A stretch of DNA of 64,000 nucleotides from Tubiluchus corallicola (Eukaryota > Animalia > Priapulida), in contig JAQGDQ010000763.1 in assembly GCA_030141605.1 (NCBI GenBank), positions 1 to 64,000 of the forward strand, written 5' to 3'. The notes below the pieces were generated by a model, which searched no databases, was not told the DNA's origin, and saw only the letters and a list, made by a program, of their open reading frames with translations. Position 1 is the first letter of the stretch, and each line of letters starts with the position of its first letter. A program made the translations under genes and the position numbers. This document shows, piece after piece, positions 39,658 to 53,239 of this stretch.

Positions 39658-40340
39658 TTGCACAAAAGTCAAAATGCCAAACTGCTGCTGCAGAACAGTC
39701 ATAAACCAACTGCCACGTTTTGCACAAAAGTCAAAATGCTAAACTGCTGCTGCAGAACAGTCATAAACAAACTGCCACGTTTTGCACAAAAGTCAAAATG
39801 CTAAACTACTGCTGCAGAACAGTCATAAATAAACTGCCACGTTTTGCACAAAAGTCAAACTGCTAAACTACTGCTGCAGAACAGTCATAAACCAACTGCC
39901 ACGTTTTGCACAAAAGTCAAAATGCTAAACTACTGCTGCAGAACAGTCATAAACCAACTGCCACGTATTGCACAAAAGTCAAAATGCTAAACTACTGCTG
40001 CAGACAGTCATAAACCAACTGCCACGTATTGCACAAAAGTCAAAATGCTAAACTGCTGCTGCAGAACAGTCATAAACAAACTGCCACGTATTGCACAAAA
40101 GTCAAAATGCTAAACTACTGCTGCAGAACAGTCATAAACCAACTGCCACGTATTGCACAAAAGTCAAAATGCTAAACTACTGCTGCAGAACAGTCATAAA
40201 CCAACTGCCACGTATTGCACAAAAGTCAAAATGCTAAACTACTGCTGCAGAACAGTCATAAACAAACTGCCACGTTTTGCACAAAAGTCAAAATGCTAAA
40301 CTACTGCTGCAGAACAGTCATAAACCAACTGCCACGTTTT
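39658..40340. repeat. 62-bp minisatellite, 11 copies, upstream of GPCR #10
   Basis: Same unit as 36898-37392. Confidence 0.95.
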
Positions 40341-40761
40341 TTGCCTCCCACTTTGAAGCTCTCACTTTCTTTGCAGCTCGAAATAACAGTATTAATATTA
40401 TCAACAGTTTTTTTGCATAGGGCAAGACGTTTTTCTTCATTCGGCAGGTGTGGTTCGTCCATTAACATTATAGAGTGTGCACAGGCGGACAACCAACATT
40501 GAGGAGCACGATTCAAAGCTTTTAGCCCTATATATCATTCCTTTGGGGTGGCGCTAGCGGCGCTAATGGTGGGTAGTTCAAAACAAATTTGCTCGCAGAT
40601 AATTTCATAAATATTTCAAGTTACTTCTGGTTATAGACTAATAAAACTCTAAAATATCAACGTATAAACATCAACATAAAACGTTTTTGTGAATATAAAG
40701 GCTACCAAATACGTTGAACCGAAAAAAACATCGTATCTCGTATGCTGTATGGACATTGGCA

Positions 40762-41657
40762 ATGGTAAATACTCGCAAAAAGTCACATACAGCTACAGAT
40801 AGTGACACTGGGAGTAATATGGCCTCATCTAATAGCAGCTTAAACGAGGATACAGCACAGGCACTTCTTTCCGCTTTTGAAAAACGACTGACAGCAATGG
40901 AGGAACGATTGGGTAAGAGGATTTATGACAATTCAGCATCTATAGATTCAAAACTTACAGAAGTAAACAGACAAATAGGCGAACTTGTGAAAAGTCAGGA
41001 ATTTATTTCAAAACAATATGAAGATTTGCAAGAACAGAATAAGCAAAATGAGGAAAAAATGAGAAATCTAGAAGAGGAAAACAAAATACTGAAATGTACA
41101 ATAAGCAAACTAGAAAAAAAATAACTGCATCTGAAAAATCTGTGAATGACCTTGAACAATACGAGAGGCGTGACATGCTAGAAATTACAGGTATCCCTTT
41201 CATTGAGCATGAATCTACTAACACCATTATCAAAAGGCTTTGTGATGTCATTGGTGTACAAATAGCTCCTGAAGATATTGCTACTTCGCATCGGCTGCAA
41301 AAGACAAGATCTGGTAGTGCTCCAGCAATTATCGTCAAGTTTGTACGACGCGACATCCGTGACAAAGTATATGCAGCCAGGAAACGAATCAACTCTGCTC
41401 ACGACCTAGGCTTTTCAACAGTAAGCAAAATTTATATAAATGAAAACCTTACAAAGCAAAATAGATCCTTGCTATACCATGCACGACAGTGCAAAAAGCA
41501 ACTGCGGTACAAATATGTATGGTCTCGATATGGTCGCATCTATTTAAAGAGGTCTGACTCTGATGATTCTGAAGCAGTACCAATTGACTCTCTTCAAGTT
41601 CTGCTGAGAATGGGATATAACCCAGCCATGTCATCGCAGACCAATTCTCATCTTTAA
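40762..41657 (+). CDS. LINE ORF1 (coiled coil plus L1/Tnp22-like RRM and FP-type C-terminal region), one frameshift in the A-run at 41114-41121
   Basis: LEQYERRDMLEITGIP, DIATSHRL, PAIIVKF, IYINENLT, YKYVWSRYGRIYLKR. Confidence 0.85.
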
Positions 41658-41689
41658 CCTTAATGTTGCACTTTTCAGTTATTTAATAT

Positions 41690-44600
41690 ATGGCATCTTA
41701 TCCATGTACAGTCTGCTCTAAAGTCTGTAGGTCGAATCAGAATGCTATTTATTGTGACAACTGTCAGAATTGGTGCCATCTGAAGTGCACATGCCTATCA
41801 TTACAACAGTTTCAAAATTTAGCTAATTCTAGTGATACATACTTTTGCTTGCCTTGCATTAATTCGATATTGCCACTTCAGATGGCAGACGATGATGACT
41901 TTTATGATTTTGTCCATTTTAGTTATTGCAATAGTGAAATTGAACAATTACTGTCACTCAACTGTACAGCTAGTTTGTCCTCGTTTAATGATGATGATGA
42001 CAAAGATCCCGACATTAATCATAATACTCTGTATGATAGCAAATACTATAAACTCACCACGCTGCAGTCATCAGCCTTTTTGCACAACAATGATAAGGAT
42101 TTTAGCTTCATACATATTAATCCCAATAGCCTTCACAAACACTATCATGACATAACAGATGTGCTTCAGCATTTTAAGAGGCCACCCGACATAATAGCAG
42201 TGTCGGAAACTCGAGTTAACGATAAAAATATTTTTTATGTAATATACCCAATTACACTTTTTTACATACTGATTCTAATACAAGAGCAGGGGGGGTTGGA
42301 CTTTATGTATCTAATCAGCTAAATTATACTAAAATCACAAAATACTCTATCCAAAATGCTAATTCATCTCTTACTTTCCAATCCGACATGCAGTGCGAAG
42401 ATCTCTGGATACAGATAGAAACTAATATACATTCTAAGCATATTATCTTTGGTGTTGTTTACCGTCATCCAAATACTAACATTAATCACTTTCATGAGGC
42501 AATGGATAACATTATGTCCGACATTAATAAAACTGGCAAGATTAGTTATGTATGTGGTGATTTCAATCTTAACCTGCTTCACCATGAAACTAAATCATAT
42601 ATATCCGAATATCTCAATATGGTATTCTGCAATCAATTCACACCCATTATAACACGACCAACTAGACTTACTCACACATCCAAAACACTTATAGATCACA
42701 TCTACACAAATAACCTAAAAGACTACATCATTCCAGGCATTATACTTTACCAAATCGCTGACCACTTGCCTATCTTTTGCATTGTCAAAAATTCAATTAG
42801 TAAACGTGCGAACTCAAAAGTAACAATCCGTGACAAGAGTAAATTCAATCAAGACGCTTTCTTAAATGACTTAACTTATAAACTAAACAACGAATCTTTT
42901 GTGACAATGTCAACAAACGAAGCATTTGAAAAATTCATGAATATAATTACAGAAACTGTTAACTACCATGCCCCGTATAAAACCTTGTCGAGAAAACAAA
43001 CTAAGACATTTTACAAACCCTGGTTAACTCAAGGTATCCTAACTTCTATCAGAAAAAAAAGTCAATTATACAAAACTCATAAATTATCCGACAGTTTATA
43101 CAAAAATGAATATTATCGTACATATTGTAATAAACTAAATCGAATAAAAGAACAGTCAAAACGTAACTATTACTCAAAAGTGCTCCAAGGAAATAAAAAT
43201 AATATGCGACTAACATGGAAAACCATAAATGAAATTACAAACTGTAAAGTGAAAAACCATTTTCAACCTAACAAGTTAACACAAAATGGTAATGAGTACA
43301 ATAACCATAAGGATATAAGTGAAATACTAAACCAGTTTTTTAGTAACATAGGTAGCAATATGGCGAGAAAGATACCATACACTGAACTAAAATTTGATTC
43401 TTTTTTGAAGAACCCAGTAAATAGCACATTTTTTATGTACCCTATATTAGAAAATGAAACATGTGTGGAAATCAATAAGTTAAACATTAATAAATCTGCA
43501 GGTCCAGAGAATATTCCAATTTATTTTTATAAACTAGCTGTCAGCATTATTACACCATACTTAACGACACTTTATAATAAATCGATTACTGATGGCATAT
43601 TTCCTAACATTTTAAAACTAGCGAAAGTAATTCCAATTTATAAGTCTGAATCACCTGAAAATCCCACCAACTATAGACCTATATCTTTACTCTCACCGGT
43701 TGCCAAAATATTTGAAAAACTCATCTTTATCCGGCTTGACAAATTCATTTCAACAAACAAAATACTATCAGAACACCAATTTGGTTTCAGGAAAAATCAT
43801 TCTACTGCCTTAGCTGTATCTGAACTAACCGATAGAATTCTTAATAATATTGACAAAAATGTATTTGTGTGTGGCATCTTCCTAGATCTGTCCAAGGCTT
43901 TTGACACTGTACAACATAATATATTACTCCAAAAAATGAAACATTATGGTATTAGAGGACTATCCCAAAATTTCTTTGCATCTTACTTGCACAACAGACA
44001 ACAGTACACTTCCATTGGAGATACTAGCTCAAATCTAACTACTATAACATGTGGAGTACCACAAGGCTCTACTCTAGGCCCGATATTGTTTCTTTTGTAC
44101 ATAAATGATCTTGTAAACTGTTCAAACTTCCACACTAGAATGTTTGCAGATGACACTAATCTATTCTTAACAGATACAAAGATAATTAATTTACAAACTT
44201 CAGTTAACAGTGAATTGCATAAGATTAATCAGTGGATGAAAGCTAACAAACTGTCTATTAACTATAAAAAGACAAAATACATGCTGATTACGCCTGGCCG
44301 CAAAACAGACGCATATGAAAATTTCCAGATTTCAATGAATAATCAAATATTAACTAGGTCTAAAGAAATTAAATACCTCGGTATGTTCATTGATGATAAC
44401 TTAACATGGTCTACACAAACAAAACACATAACCTACAAAATTAGCAAAACCAAGGGCATAATTGCGAGGATAAGACACTACGTAAATACAGATGTAATAA
44501 AACTAATATACCATGCTTTGGTTTATTCTTATCTTCACTATGGGATTCTGTCCTGGGGCACTGCATCTTCAAATACTTTAAAACCGATACAAACTCATCA

Positions 44601-44979
44601 AAACATTATAGTTAAGCTGATGACATTTTCTGGTAGACGGGAACATGCAACGCCATCCTACATTCAATTGGGCCTCTTAAAACTGAATGATATCTACAAA
44701 CTCGAGCTTGCAAAATTTGTATACAAATTTAAGAATAACTTACTACCAGAATTGTTTCTAAATTACTATACGCCAGCATCCGATATTCACAGTTACAACA
44801 CTAGGTTTTCTACTAACAGTTCTTTCTTTATCGAACGATTTAATACATCTAAGGGTCAAACGTCGTTAAAATATCAGGGATCAGTATTATGGAACTCTCT
44901 ACCTGCTCATATAACTTCTTTACCTCTGCATTCGCTAAAAAAACAGTACGCTAAGGCACTTCTTGAAGCTTACAAATAA
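41690..44979 (+). CDS. LINE ORF2: N-terminal PHD finger, AP endonuclease and reverse transcriptase; one frameshift in the T-run at ~42231-42236
   Basis: C4HC3 finger; IAVSET, GGVG, YRHP, GDFN, IDHI, DHLPI (APE); NYRPISLL, QFGFR, FLDLSKAFD, GVPQGSTLGP, FADD, YLG (RT). Confidence 0.93.
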
Positions 44980-45289
44980 ATCAGTTTTTTTGTCTGTTAG
45001 ATGTACATTCTTATGGTAACTTTTGCTTAAAAACATTTTTATGAGGTGCAAACTCACTTTTTCGCTGTTGTATTTTTGTTTTTGTATTTCTGTACGTTTG
45101 TGTATTTATTAGATGTATTTATCAGAAACAATTGTAAGGTATTTTGCTTAGTAGTTCGTAAATTTGTCATGGTTTTTGATTTTTGTCTTTTGCTGTTGTA
45201 TTTTTGTTTTTTGTATTTCTGCACGTTTATGTATTTTTTAATATAGCTGTGTCTACTGTCCTTAGCGTCCTTTTGTTTACTGTCCTTTG

Positions 45290-45338
45290 AGAAGGGTGGT
45301 TGACTCGATAACCTTTGGTTTTTCGCCACCCTTTCTCC
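45290..45338 (+). other. LINE 3'UTR stem-loop (likely ORF2p recognition signal)
   Basis: GAGAAGGGTGG pairs with CCACCCTTTCTC, ~55 nt before AATAAA and the tail. Confidence 0.65.
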
Positions 45339-46022
45339 TATGTTTGTTTGTATTTTTGTGTATTTTATTGTCAAATTATTGTATATGGAGGAAAATAAAT
45401 TACTATTACTATTACTATATTGTTTATTTGTAATAGAAAGATATGTTTGCTGCAGCTTCAATAATTACCAGAAGTCTTCATCTGACAACAAACGTTATAC
45501 TCACCATGCATCAAAAAGCACTTAATGAACGATAAAAGCATGTTACACCTGGTGCAATAATAAAGGCATGTTTTGTATTAGGACGTAGACATTGTGTGCG
45601 TGCGTGTGTGTTTGTGCATGTATAAGTGTGTGCATGTGCACATGCAGGCATGTGTGTGTCTGTTTGTCTGTCTGTCCATGCACACATCAGCCATTGCATC
45701 TACAGAACTGAAACTTCACAGCATTTTTGTCTCTGGTGTTCAGTATGATACAATCAAGAATACAGATAGTTACAGTCTTCAAATATGCCCACAACCCGTG
45801 AATGGAATCCGTCAATGGATCTGTCCCCATAAATGGGTCATGTGCACGCGGGTTTTACTCAAACCAGTTTCTCCAAAATGAATGTGCACGTAGATTTTGT
45901 GAACAAGCAAGTCTAGACAGTGTACGTTGTTTATTTCTCATATTCTCATAGAACATCAAAAATGATAACAGGCCTGACTAGACTGACAATTTGGGCCCGA
46001 TTCTTGGAAGTGTTCAAAAATC

Positions 46023-46441
46023 GTTTTAGTTCCAGTTTTGTCGTCATTGCAGTGATGCTCCATCTGTTGGTGATCATTGTCATAATTGTTGGTAATTTGC
46101 TGGTTTTGGCTGCAGCTTATAGATACCAGCAACTACAAACAAAAATGCATGCACTCATTGTATCATTGGCTGTAACAGACTCAATGAATGGATTTCTGTC
46201 GATTCCTATAAAAGTTATTCTAACCTTTTCTCCTATCCAATCTAATTCTGTACTTTACATGAGTAATTCAGTTGTTTCTTACACTATCGTTAATTGTAGC
46301 ATAATACACCTATGTCTAATAGCCGGTGAGAGATACCTAGCCATTGTTTATCCTTACAAGTACAACGTCTGTGTCACAAAATGCACATTAATCGCTGCTG
46401 TATGTGTAACGTGGTTTTTCTCGTTTGCAGTCGCATGGATT
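46023..46441 (+). pseudogene. GPCR #11: inverted partial copy (TM1-TM4) of the #9/#10 type
   Basis: FSSSFVVIAV...ERY...AVAWI is nearly identical to #10; no native start; TM5-TM7 missing. Confidence 0.9.
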
Positions 46442-47036
46442 ATATTAGGCAAGAAAACAAGCGGTGACAGGCTAGATGTATAAACCATCTTAGCTACAAT
46501 TGACTGTCCATATGTCCTTCCTCAACGGAGGCAATGCAGCAGATGAAACTGCAAAAACAATTCTAAATAGCCACCCATTCACGTACAAATTGGCGTGAGT
46601 GTTGTTTCACTTTGGAAACCATTAACCAAGCACTGACCATTACCATTCATGTATTTCCAACATACAATGTATTTATTGTTATAATTATGCACAAGCAATT
46701 AAAATAATGTAATTATCAGTAAACAGAAATTGCAAAAATTATATGACTCCAACAAAATATTGATAATTTTATTATTTTGTGCCTGTTTGCCATTTTGGGA
46801 GCATCTGCTCATTAAATCAGTGTAAAAATAAACAGATTACAAAAATAAAATAAAAGTTACTAACCTGCATGTTATAACACGTTAGCAACAACGTTATATA
46901 AAATTACACAACGTCACAATTTGGGCAAAACTGTGATAAACTCGTAAGACATGTTTATGCAAGCACGTTGTTGTTTTAGATTTATTAGAAAATCCTTTTT
47001 ACATTCTGTTTTCATCAGTTGCTCATTACATACAGT

Positions 47037-48090
47037 TGCATAATTAACTACAGTTATAGGTAGTTAAGTACATAATTTACTACAGTTATAGGTAGTTAAG
47101 TACATAATTAACTACAGTTATAGGTAGTTAAGTACATAATTAACTACAGTTATAGGTAGTTAAGTACATAATTAACTATATTTATAGGTGGTTAAGTACA
47201 TAATTAACTACAGTTATAGGTAGTTAAGTACATAATTAACTATAGTTATAGGTAGTTAAGTGCATGATTAACTATAGTTATAGGTGGTTAAGTACATAAT
47301 TAACTACAGTTATAGGTGGTTAAGTACATAATTAACTACAGTTATAGGTAGTTAAGTACATAATTAACTATTGTTATAGGTAGTTAAGTACATAATTAAC
47401 TACAGTTATAGGTAGTTAAGTACATAATTAACTACAGTTATAGGTAGTTAAGTGCACAATTAACTATAGTTATAGGTAGTTAAGTACATAATTAACTATA
47501 GTTATAGGTAGTTAAGTACATAATTAACTATAGTTATAGGTGGTTAAGTACATAATTAACTACAGTTATAGGTAGCTAAGTACATAATTAACTACAGTTA
47601 TAGGTAGTTAAGTACATAATTAACTATAGTTATAGGTAGTTAAGTACATAATTAACTATAGTTATAGGTAGTTAAGTACATAATTAACTACAGTTATAGG
47701 TAGTTAAGTACATAATTAACTATAGTTATAGGTAGTTAACTACAGTTATAGGTAGTTAAGTACATAATTAACTACAGTTATAGGTAGTTAAGTACATAAT
47801 TAACTACAGTTATAGGTAGTTAAGTACATAATTAACTATAGTTATAGGTAGTTAAGTACATAATTAACTATAGTTATAGGTAGTTAAGTACATAATTAAC
47901 TATAGTTATAGGTAGTTAAGTACATAATTAACTATAGTTATAGGTAGTTAAGTACATAATTAACTATTGTTATAGGTAGTTAAGTACATAATTAACTATA
48001 GTTATAGGTAGTTAAGTACATAATTAACTATAGTTATAGGTAGTTAAGTACATAATTAACTATTGTTATAGGTAGTTAAGTACATAATTA
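47037..48090. repeat. 32-bp minisatellite (GTACATAATTAACTACAGTTATAGGTAGTTAA), ~33 copies, partly palindromic
   Basis: Period 32; TTAACTAC...GTAGTTAA inverted within the unit. Confidence 0.97.
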
Positions 48091-48194
48091 TTACAATCAT
48101 CCCATTATTTAAATGATTTTATTTTTGTACAAAAAAAATCGATGTTTTTGATTATAATGAAATGATGCAACTCTTTCTTGCCTCTAGTAATTGT

Positions 48195-48561
48195 TAGAGG
48201 TGAGCATTCTCTACCAGAAAGCGAATTCGAATCGAACCGAATTTGTGACTTACGAATTCGAATTGAACCGATCTTCAGTGTTTCGAATTCGAATTGAGAT
48301 TGAACGATTTTCGAACAAGTTTTCGAACAACCAGTAAAAAATAGTCTTACAAAGATCATTCATATCACTCGATTTTGTTCTGCAATAAAACGATTAGTAA
48401 TTTCTTTAAAATTGTGCACAGAAATCACAGCTAAATTATGCTAATTGCATGATGTTTCAATCGTTTTTGTGATAAAGAACATTATGTGATTGAAGTGCTG
48501 AATTATTCGAATCTATAGTTTTGGATTCGAATCGCGTTCGAACGTTCGATGCTCACCCCTA
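48195..48561. mobile_element. hAT MITE with 8-bp TSD GTAATTGT
   Basis: TIR TAGAGGTGAGCAT...ATGCTCACCCCTA; multiple subterminal TTCGAA motifs. Confidence 0.92.
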
Positions 48562-48638
48562 GTAATTGTCTTGTACTTTAATGATGTCATGATGTAGAAT
48601 AATCAACATTTGTGATTTAATAACTTAACTATTGCAAA

Positions 48639-48960
48639 CAGTGGTGGCTCGTAGCTAAAATTACTACGGGTGGTACTTCAGAAAATTTTTAGCCATTGTT
48701 TTAATACTGTGTAAAATGAGACAAACATATGCAATTTTAATATTGTAATTTGTAATTGTAATTTTAAACAAACAAACACATGAAACTGTATACATAAACT
48801 TGATAAAATCCTAAACAAAATAATATTATTTGCTTACGAATAGCCTAAATTGTCGCAGTTCAGGAATATTCCGGTACACGATTTTTAAGCACGTGACAAC
48901 TGACAATACACTGTGTGAGCGACAGTATTTTCTCTACCTAGCAGCAGACACTAGCACTAC
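48639..48960 (+). mobile_element. Truncated copy of the MITE at 2000-2520, with a single unamplified left TIR
   Basis: CAGTGGTGGCTCGTAGCTAAAATTACT... is collinear with 2000-2290. Confidence 0.8.
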
Positions 48961-49857
48961 AGTGGTAATTCCCTATTTTGTAGAGCTCTATTTCACATTT
49001 TGTCTTAGAAACTGTGCAACAGTTCTTAATGGTTGTGTGATGTCTCTGGGAAAGCTGGTAACCACAGACGCTACGGAGTTCGTCGCTTCCAGTAACCTTT
49101 GAACAAAATGAAAAATTTAATCAATTGATAACGTAGCTTTACAATCGCGAAATGTCTGCAAACTTTGAAAAAATTTATGAATGGTCAAGATCCCATTTTG
49201 GCAAAAGACCCACATGAAGACTCGAACCCACGTATTTACTTCATCACTGATGACATCCATGGTTCAGCAACAAGTATGACATTTGCAGTAACAGGGATTA
49301 AAAATTTGATAGTCAAACAAAAAATTTTCAATCACCATGTAGTGTCATTTGACCTTGGATCTTCAAACTTGCTAGTGACTGCATTATGTATTTTTGGTTA
49401 CAAAATTTTCCTTATTAATTATTATTAAATGGGTCTAATGAGCATGGGAACACTAACCAATAGGCTAACTAGGTTATAGCCTAGGGCGCCACGGTTTAAA
49501 GGGCGTCACATTATAGAAAAATGTTCATTCTTTTCGGAAAAGGTCTGTATACAACCTCCTCGGCGTATACTTTCATATTCATGTAAGGGCGCACTTTATA
49601 ACACACCACAGGCAGTTACTGCAACTGCTTCTGTATAAGTGCCACATATCGAACAGGTGCAAGGTAGTACTCAACAAGCAGCTGAGCAACTTGTTTGAAT
49701 ATAAGCGCCATGCAAATACATGTTAGTAATAATGACCACATGGAAATTAGGTTAATAGTGTTTCTAATACACCACAAATAATTGTTTGACTTGCTTATGA
49801 TATAAACAGCCATAAATTCACAATAGAGATGGCCGGGACAAAACTATCAGCCTAGGG

Positions 49858-50365
49858 CAGGGGTGTGCAAATTGCGGCCCGCGGGTCACTTGCGGCCCAC
49901 CGAGAGAATTTGTGTGGCCCGCGAAGAGATTTGTCAACCTATTGGAAGTGCGGCCCGGGCGATTAATTGAGTGTATCCAGCTGAAGTCCGTGCCACGATC
50001 CCAAAGATAGTGCGGGTAGTTTTTTCTACTAGATCGGATGCCATTAACCCTTACAAGACGGTTGTAGCTTAATGTCACAGTACTAAACAGACTGTGTGAT
50101 ACACATTACTAATATGCATTGTAATGAAATTACCACTATCTGTCCTGAAAGTAGAAATATATGGTTTGTAATATAAATTTTAATAACTTCTAAAATAGTT
50201 TCTTGAGTGTAATAGTGCAGTAGTAATGATGTACGCAGGTCGGATGCAAAAAAATCATTATTAGGCCTTTCTGTACTTGGCTCCTTGATCAAACTGCCTG
50301 TGGCCCGCACGAATTGTGGGAAAGTTTAATGTGGCCCGGCTAGTCAGATAATTTGCACACCCCTG
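49858..50365. mobile_element. hAT (Charlie-like) MITE nested inside another MITE (outer right end at ~50399)
   Basis: TIR CAGGGGTGTGCAAA...TTTGCACACCCCTG; GGCCCG subterminal motifs; imperfect TSD GCCTAGGG/GCCAGGGG. Confidence 0.88.
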
Positions 50366-50569
50366 GCCAGGGGCGTCATCAAGTCTCGATACGCCCCTGC
50401 TACCGTGTAACGTAAAATGAAATTCTAGCTCACCATTCACTGTGCTCCTGGCTTAGCTTGTTCTCATGTGACAGAGAGGCTTTTAAATCCTCAAAGTTTT
50501 TCTCTATGAGCTTGTAAGCATCATTCAGCTCTTCATTATCAGTGAACGAACTCAAGTTTTGCTGGAAAA

Positions 50570-51061
<492 letters not shown>

Positions 51062-51985
51062 ATTTACTTCTTTATTTCAAACTTTCGTTCATAACATATT
51101 AGTACAACATTAAAAATATATACAACGAAAATACCAGTAAATAAATACACAAGCACACAAAATAAACAACATTACTAATAATAATAATAATAATAATAAT
51201 AACATTTTGCATCATCGATAATGGTTTCAATCATTATATCAATGAATATCAACAATGTAAAAATTAAGCATACAATATCCTCCTCCAAATCTGTCTTACA
51301 CTGGAAGTAAATAAAGTATCACTACCTCAGTAAATAAAGTTTTCACTGTTTGAAATTCTAGTATTTAGGCTGTAAATGCTTTTTCCTGTAAATAACATAA
51401 AAGTACACTAATTTATGTCCCACACAGAAATGTCTCTGGCACTGTGATCGAACTGGTAATTGAAAAATTTATGCATTGATATATTATGAGCAACCTGAAT
51501 TTGCTCATTATGAGACAGAAAGAGAGGGAAGGAGGAAGAGAGAGAGAGAGAGAGGTATCTATGTATCTATACAGAAATTCTAACCTGCCTTTTTACATTT
51601 GTTCAGCCGTCTACTGCTGACTACTTCCTCTCATATCTGCAACAAATTTACCTCCAAAAGTGCAAAACACAGAGTTTTGGCTTAAATTCTGTTGTGGTGA
51701 CACCTACAGGCGAAAATACCCGAACTTATGGAAGAATATTATTTTAAAAACTTACAAAAAGTAAGGCAATCTGATACGGAATGTACTTGTGATTGGAAAG
51801 ACTGTGAATGTCATTCTTCAGTTGTAGACTCAGTGCTCGCAACTGGTTGAGTTTTGCCATGTGACGAAAATAGCCTGTAAAGTGATTACTGCATGAGAAA
51901 TAATTACTAAGTTCATCGTATGATAAACCAACTAACAAGATTTTAAAAGTTAAGCCAACTGACATTATTATCAAAATGATATTAA

Positions 51986-52443
51986 CCCTTTCATACCCGT
52001 TGTATCCCGTGCGATACGAGAATATTTTCTGCCTTTAAAATTAATAAAATTTTAAAACTGACAGTTATTTGATCTGTTAATAGTTATTTTGATTTAAGCC
52101 AATAACAATAGACTAAAAATGGTGATAAAGTGACAAACTAGAAAATCTACATGGCATAAAAAACTGCGCAAGGTACAGTACTTTAGAGACGACTTAGTAC
52201 AGATCAGCATAGCGTGCATACTAAATGTCTTAAATACTTTAAAAAATTATCAGCAGTTGCAAAATGAAGCACATTTTATGCTTCCGTTGAATCACAATGT
52301 ATCCCGTGGGATACAGGCTATATTTAGCACGCGGGCACAGGTAGAAAAAATAATTATTATGTGTAAACAAGATGGATATACTGAACAAAAGTACTAAATC
52401 AAAAAAAATTTCTTATTAAAAAAGCAATTTGGGACTGAAAGGG
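51986..52443. mobile_element. piggyBac-type MITE with TTAA TSD
   Basis: TTAA|CCCTTTCATACCC...GGGACTGAAAGGG|TTAA; internal palindromic GTATCCCGTG(C/G)GATAC motif at ~52002 and ~52299. Confidence 0.9.
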
Positions 52444-52684
52444 TTAAAGACTTATGTATCTGGAAAAAAGAATTCTTAATAATTTTTAAATATTTGCACC
52501 ACATGGTAAAACGGCACTGCATTGCTATACCAGTGTGCACCACTGATTCACCAAAAACATTTTATTGATCTTATTGACAATGCAAAGTAATTTAAACTTT
52601 TGCTTAGTTAGTCAAGTGTGTGGTACATATGCTCTGATTATTTTTCCAAATTTTACAGAATGTTGTCTAAACTTGTTTATTTAA

Positions 52685-53239
52685 AGGAAGACCGGACGAT
52701 TGTTTAGACTTGATCTCATTTTAATTTACTGTCCAAAATACACATTTTCTTGCCTATAAAAGTTAACAATTTTTCCTTATGTTTGAATAATTAGCTTAGA
52801 AAGTTAATTAATGGCAACCAAACACAGCCATTGCTTACATCACAAACTAACCACAGTTTGTGCAATGGCAGGCGTCTTCCCTTGAGCGTCAAGCACATTT
52901 GCATAGGTGTTACAGTACTGTTTAAACGCATGATGTCATGAAAAATGGGGCTTTACATCATGTGACGTCCGAAACTAACACTGCAGTTCATGATCATGGT
53001 TATCACAGTACCGCCTTCTATTTGTGGGCCACGTGAATGTGACAAAAATGCGCTGCTGCCAATCTTAGTAGATTCACTGAGACGCGCCTAGCTTTGAAAG
53101 TTTAACGAAATTTGAATATTCAAGGTAATTATTATTTAATCTAAGGTGTGATTTAAAATAAGAGAGCATGTTGTAGTTTCCAATATTGTAGAGCATTCTT
53201 TATTCTGAACTGGTGTTTACACAATCATCCAGTTTTCCT
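52685..53239. mobile_element. Kolobok-like MITE with TTAA TSD
   Basis: TTAA|AGGAAGACCGGACGATTGT...ACAATCATCCAGTTTTCCT|TTAA. Confidence 0.85.

Larger units (their letters stand above)
40545..45419 (+). mobile_element. Near full-length CR1-group LINE (CR1/Crack/L2-like)
   Basis: ORF1 plus ORF2 (PHD-APE-RT), 3' hairpin, AATAAA and (TAC/TAT)n tail; the flanks rejoin to match the empty site at ~37530. Confidence 0.93.

Noticed and set aside
41114-42236. Programmed ribosomal frameshifting in the LINE
   Set aside because: Both shifts fall mid-domain in homopolymers; sequencing error or mutation is the simpler explanation
45920-46483. 187-aa plus-strand ORF as a functional receptor
   Set aside because: Non-ATG start in unrelated sequence, only four TM helices, and an unrelated tail; treated as a pseudogene fragment
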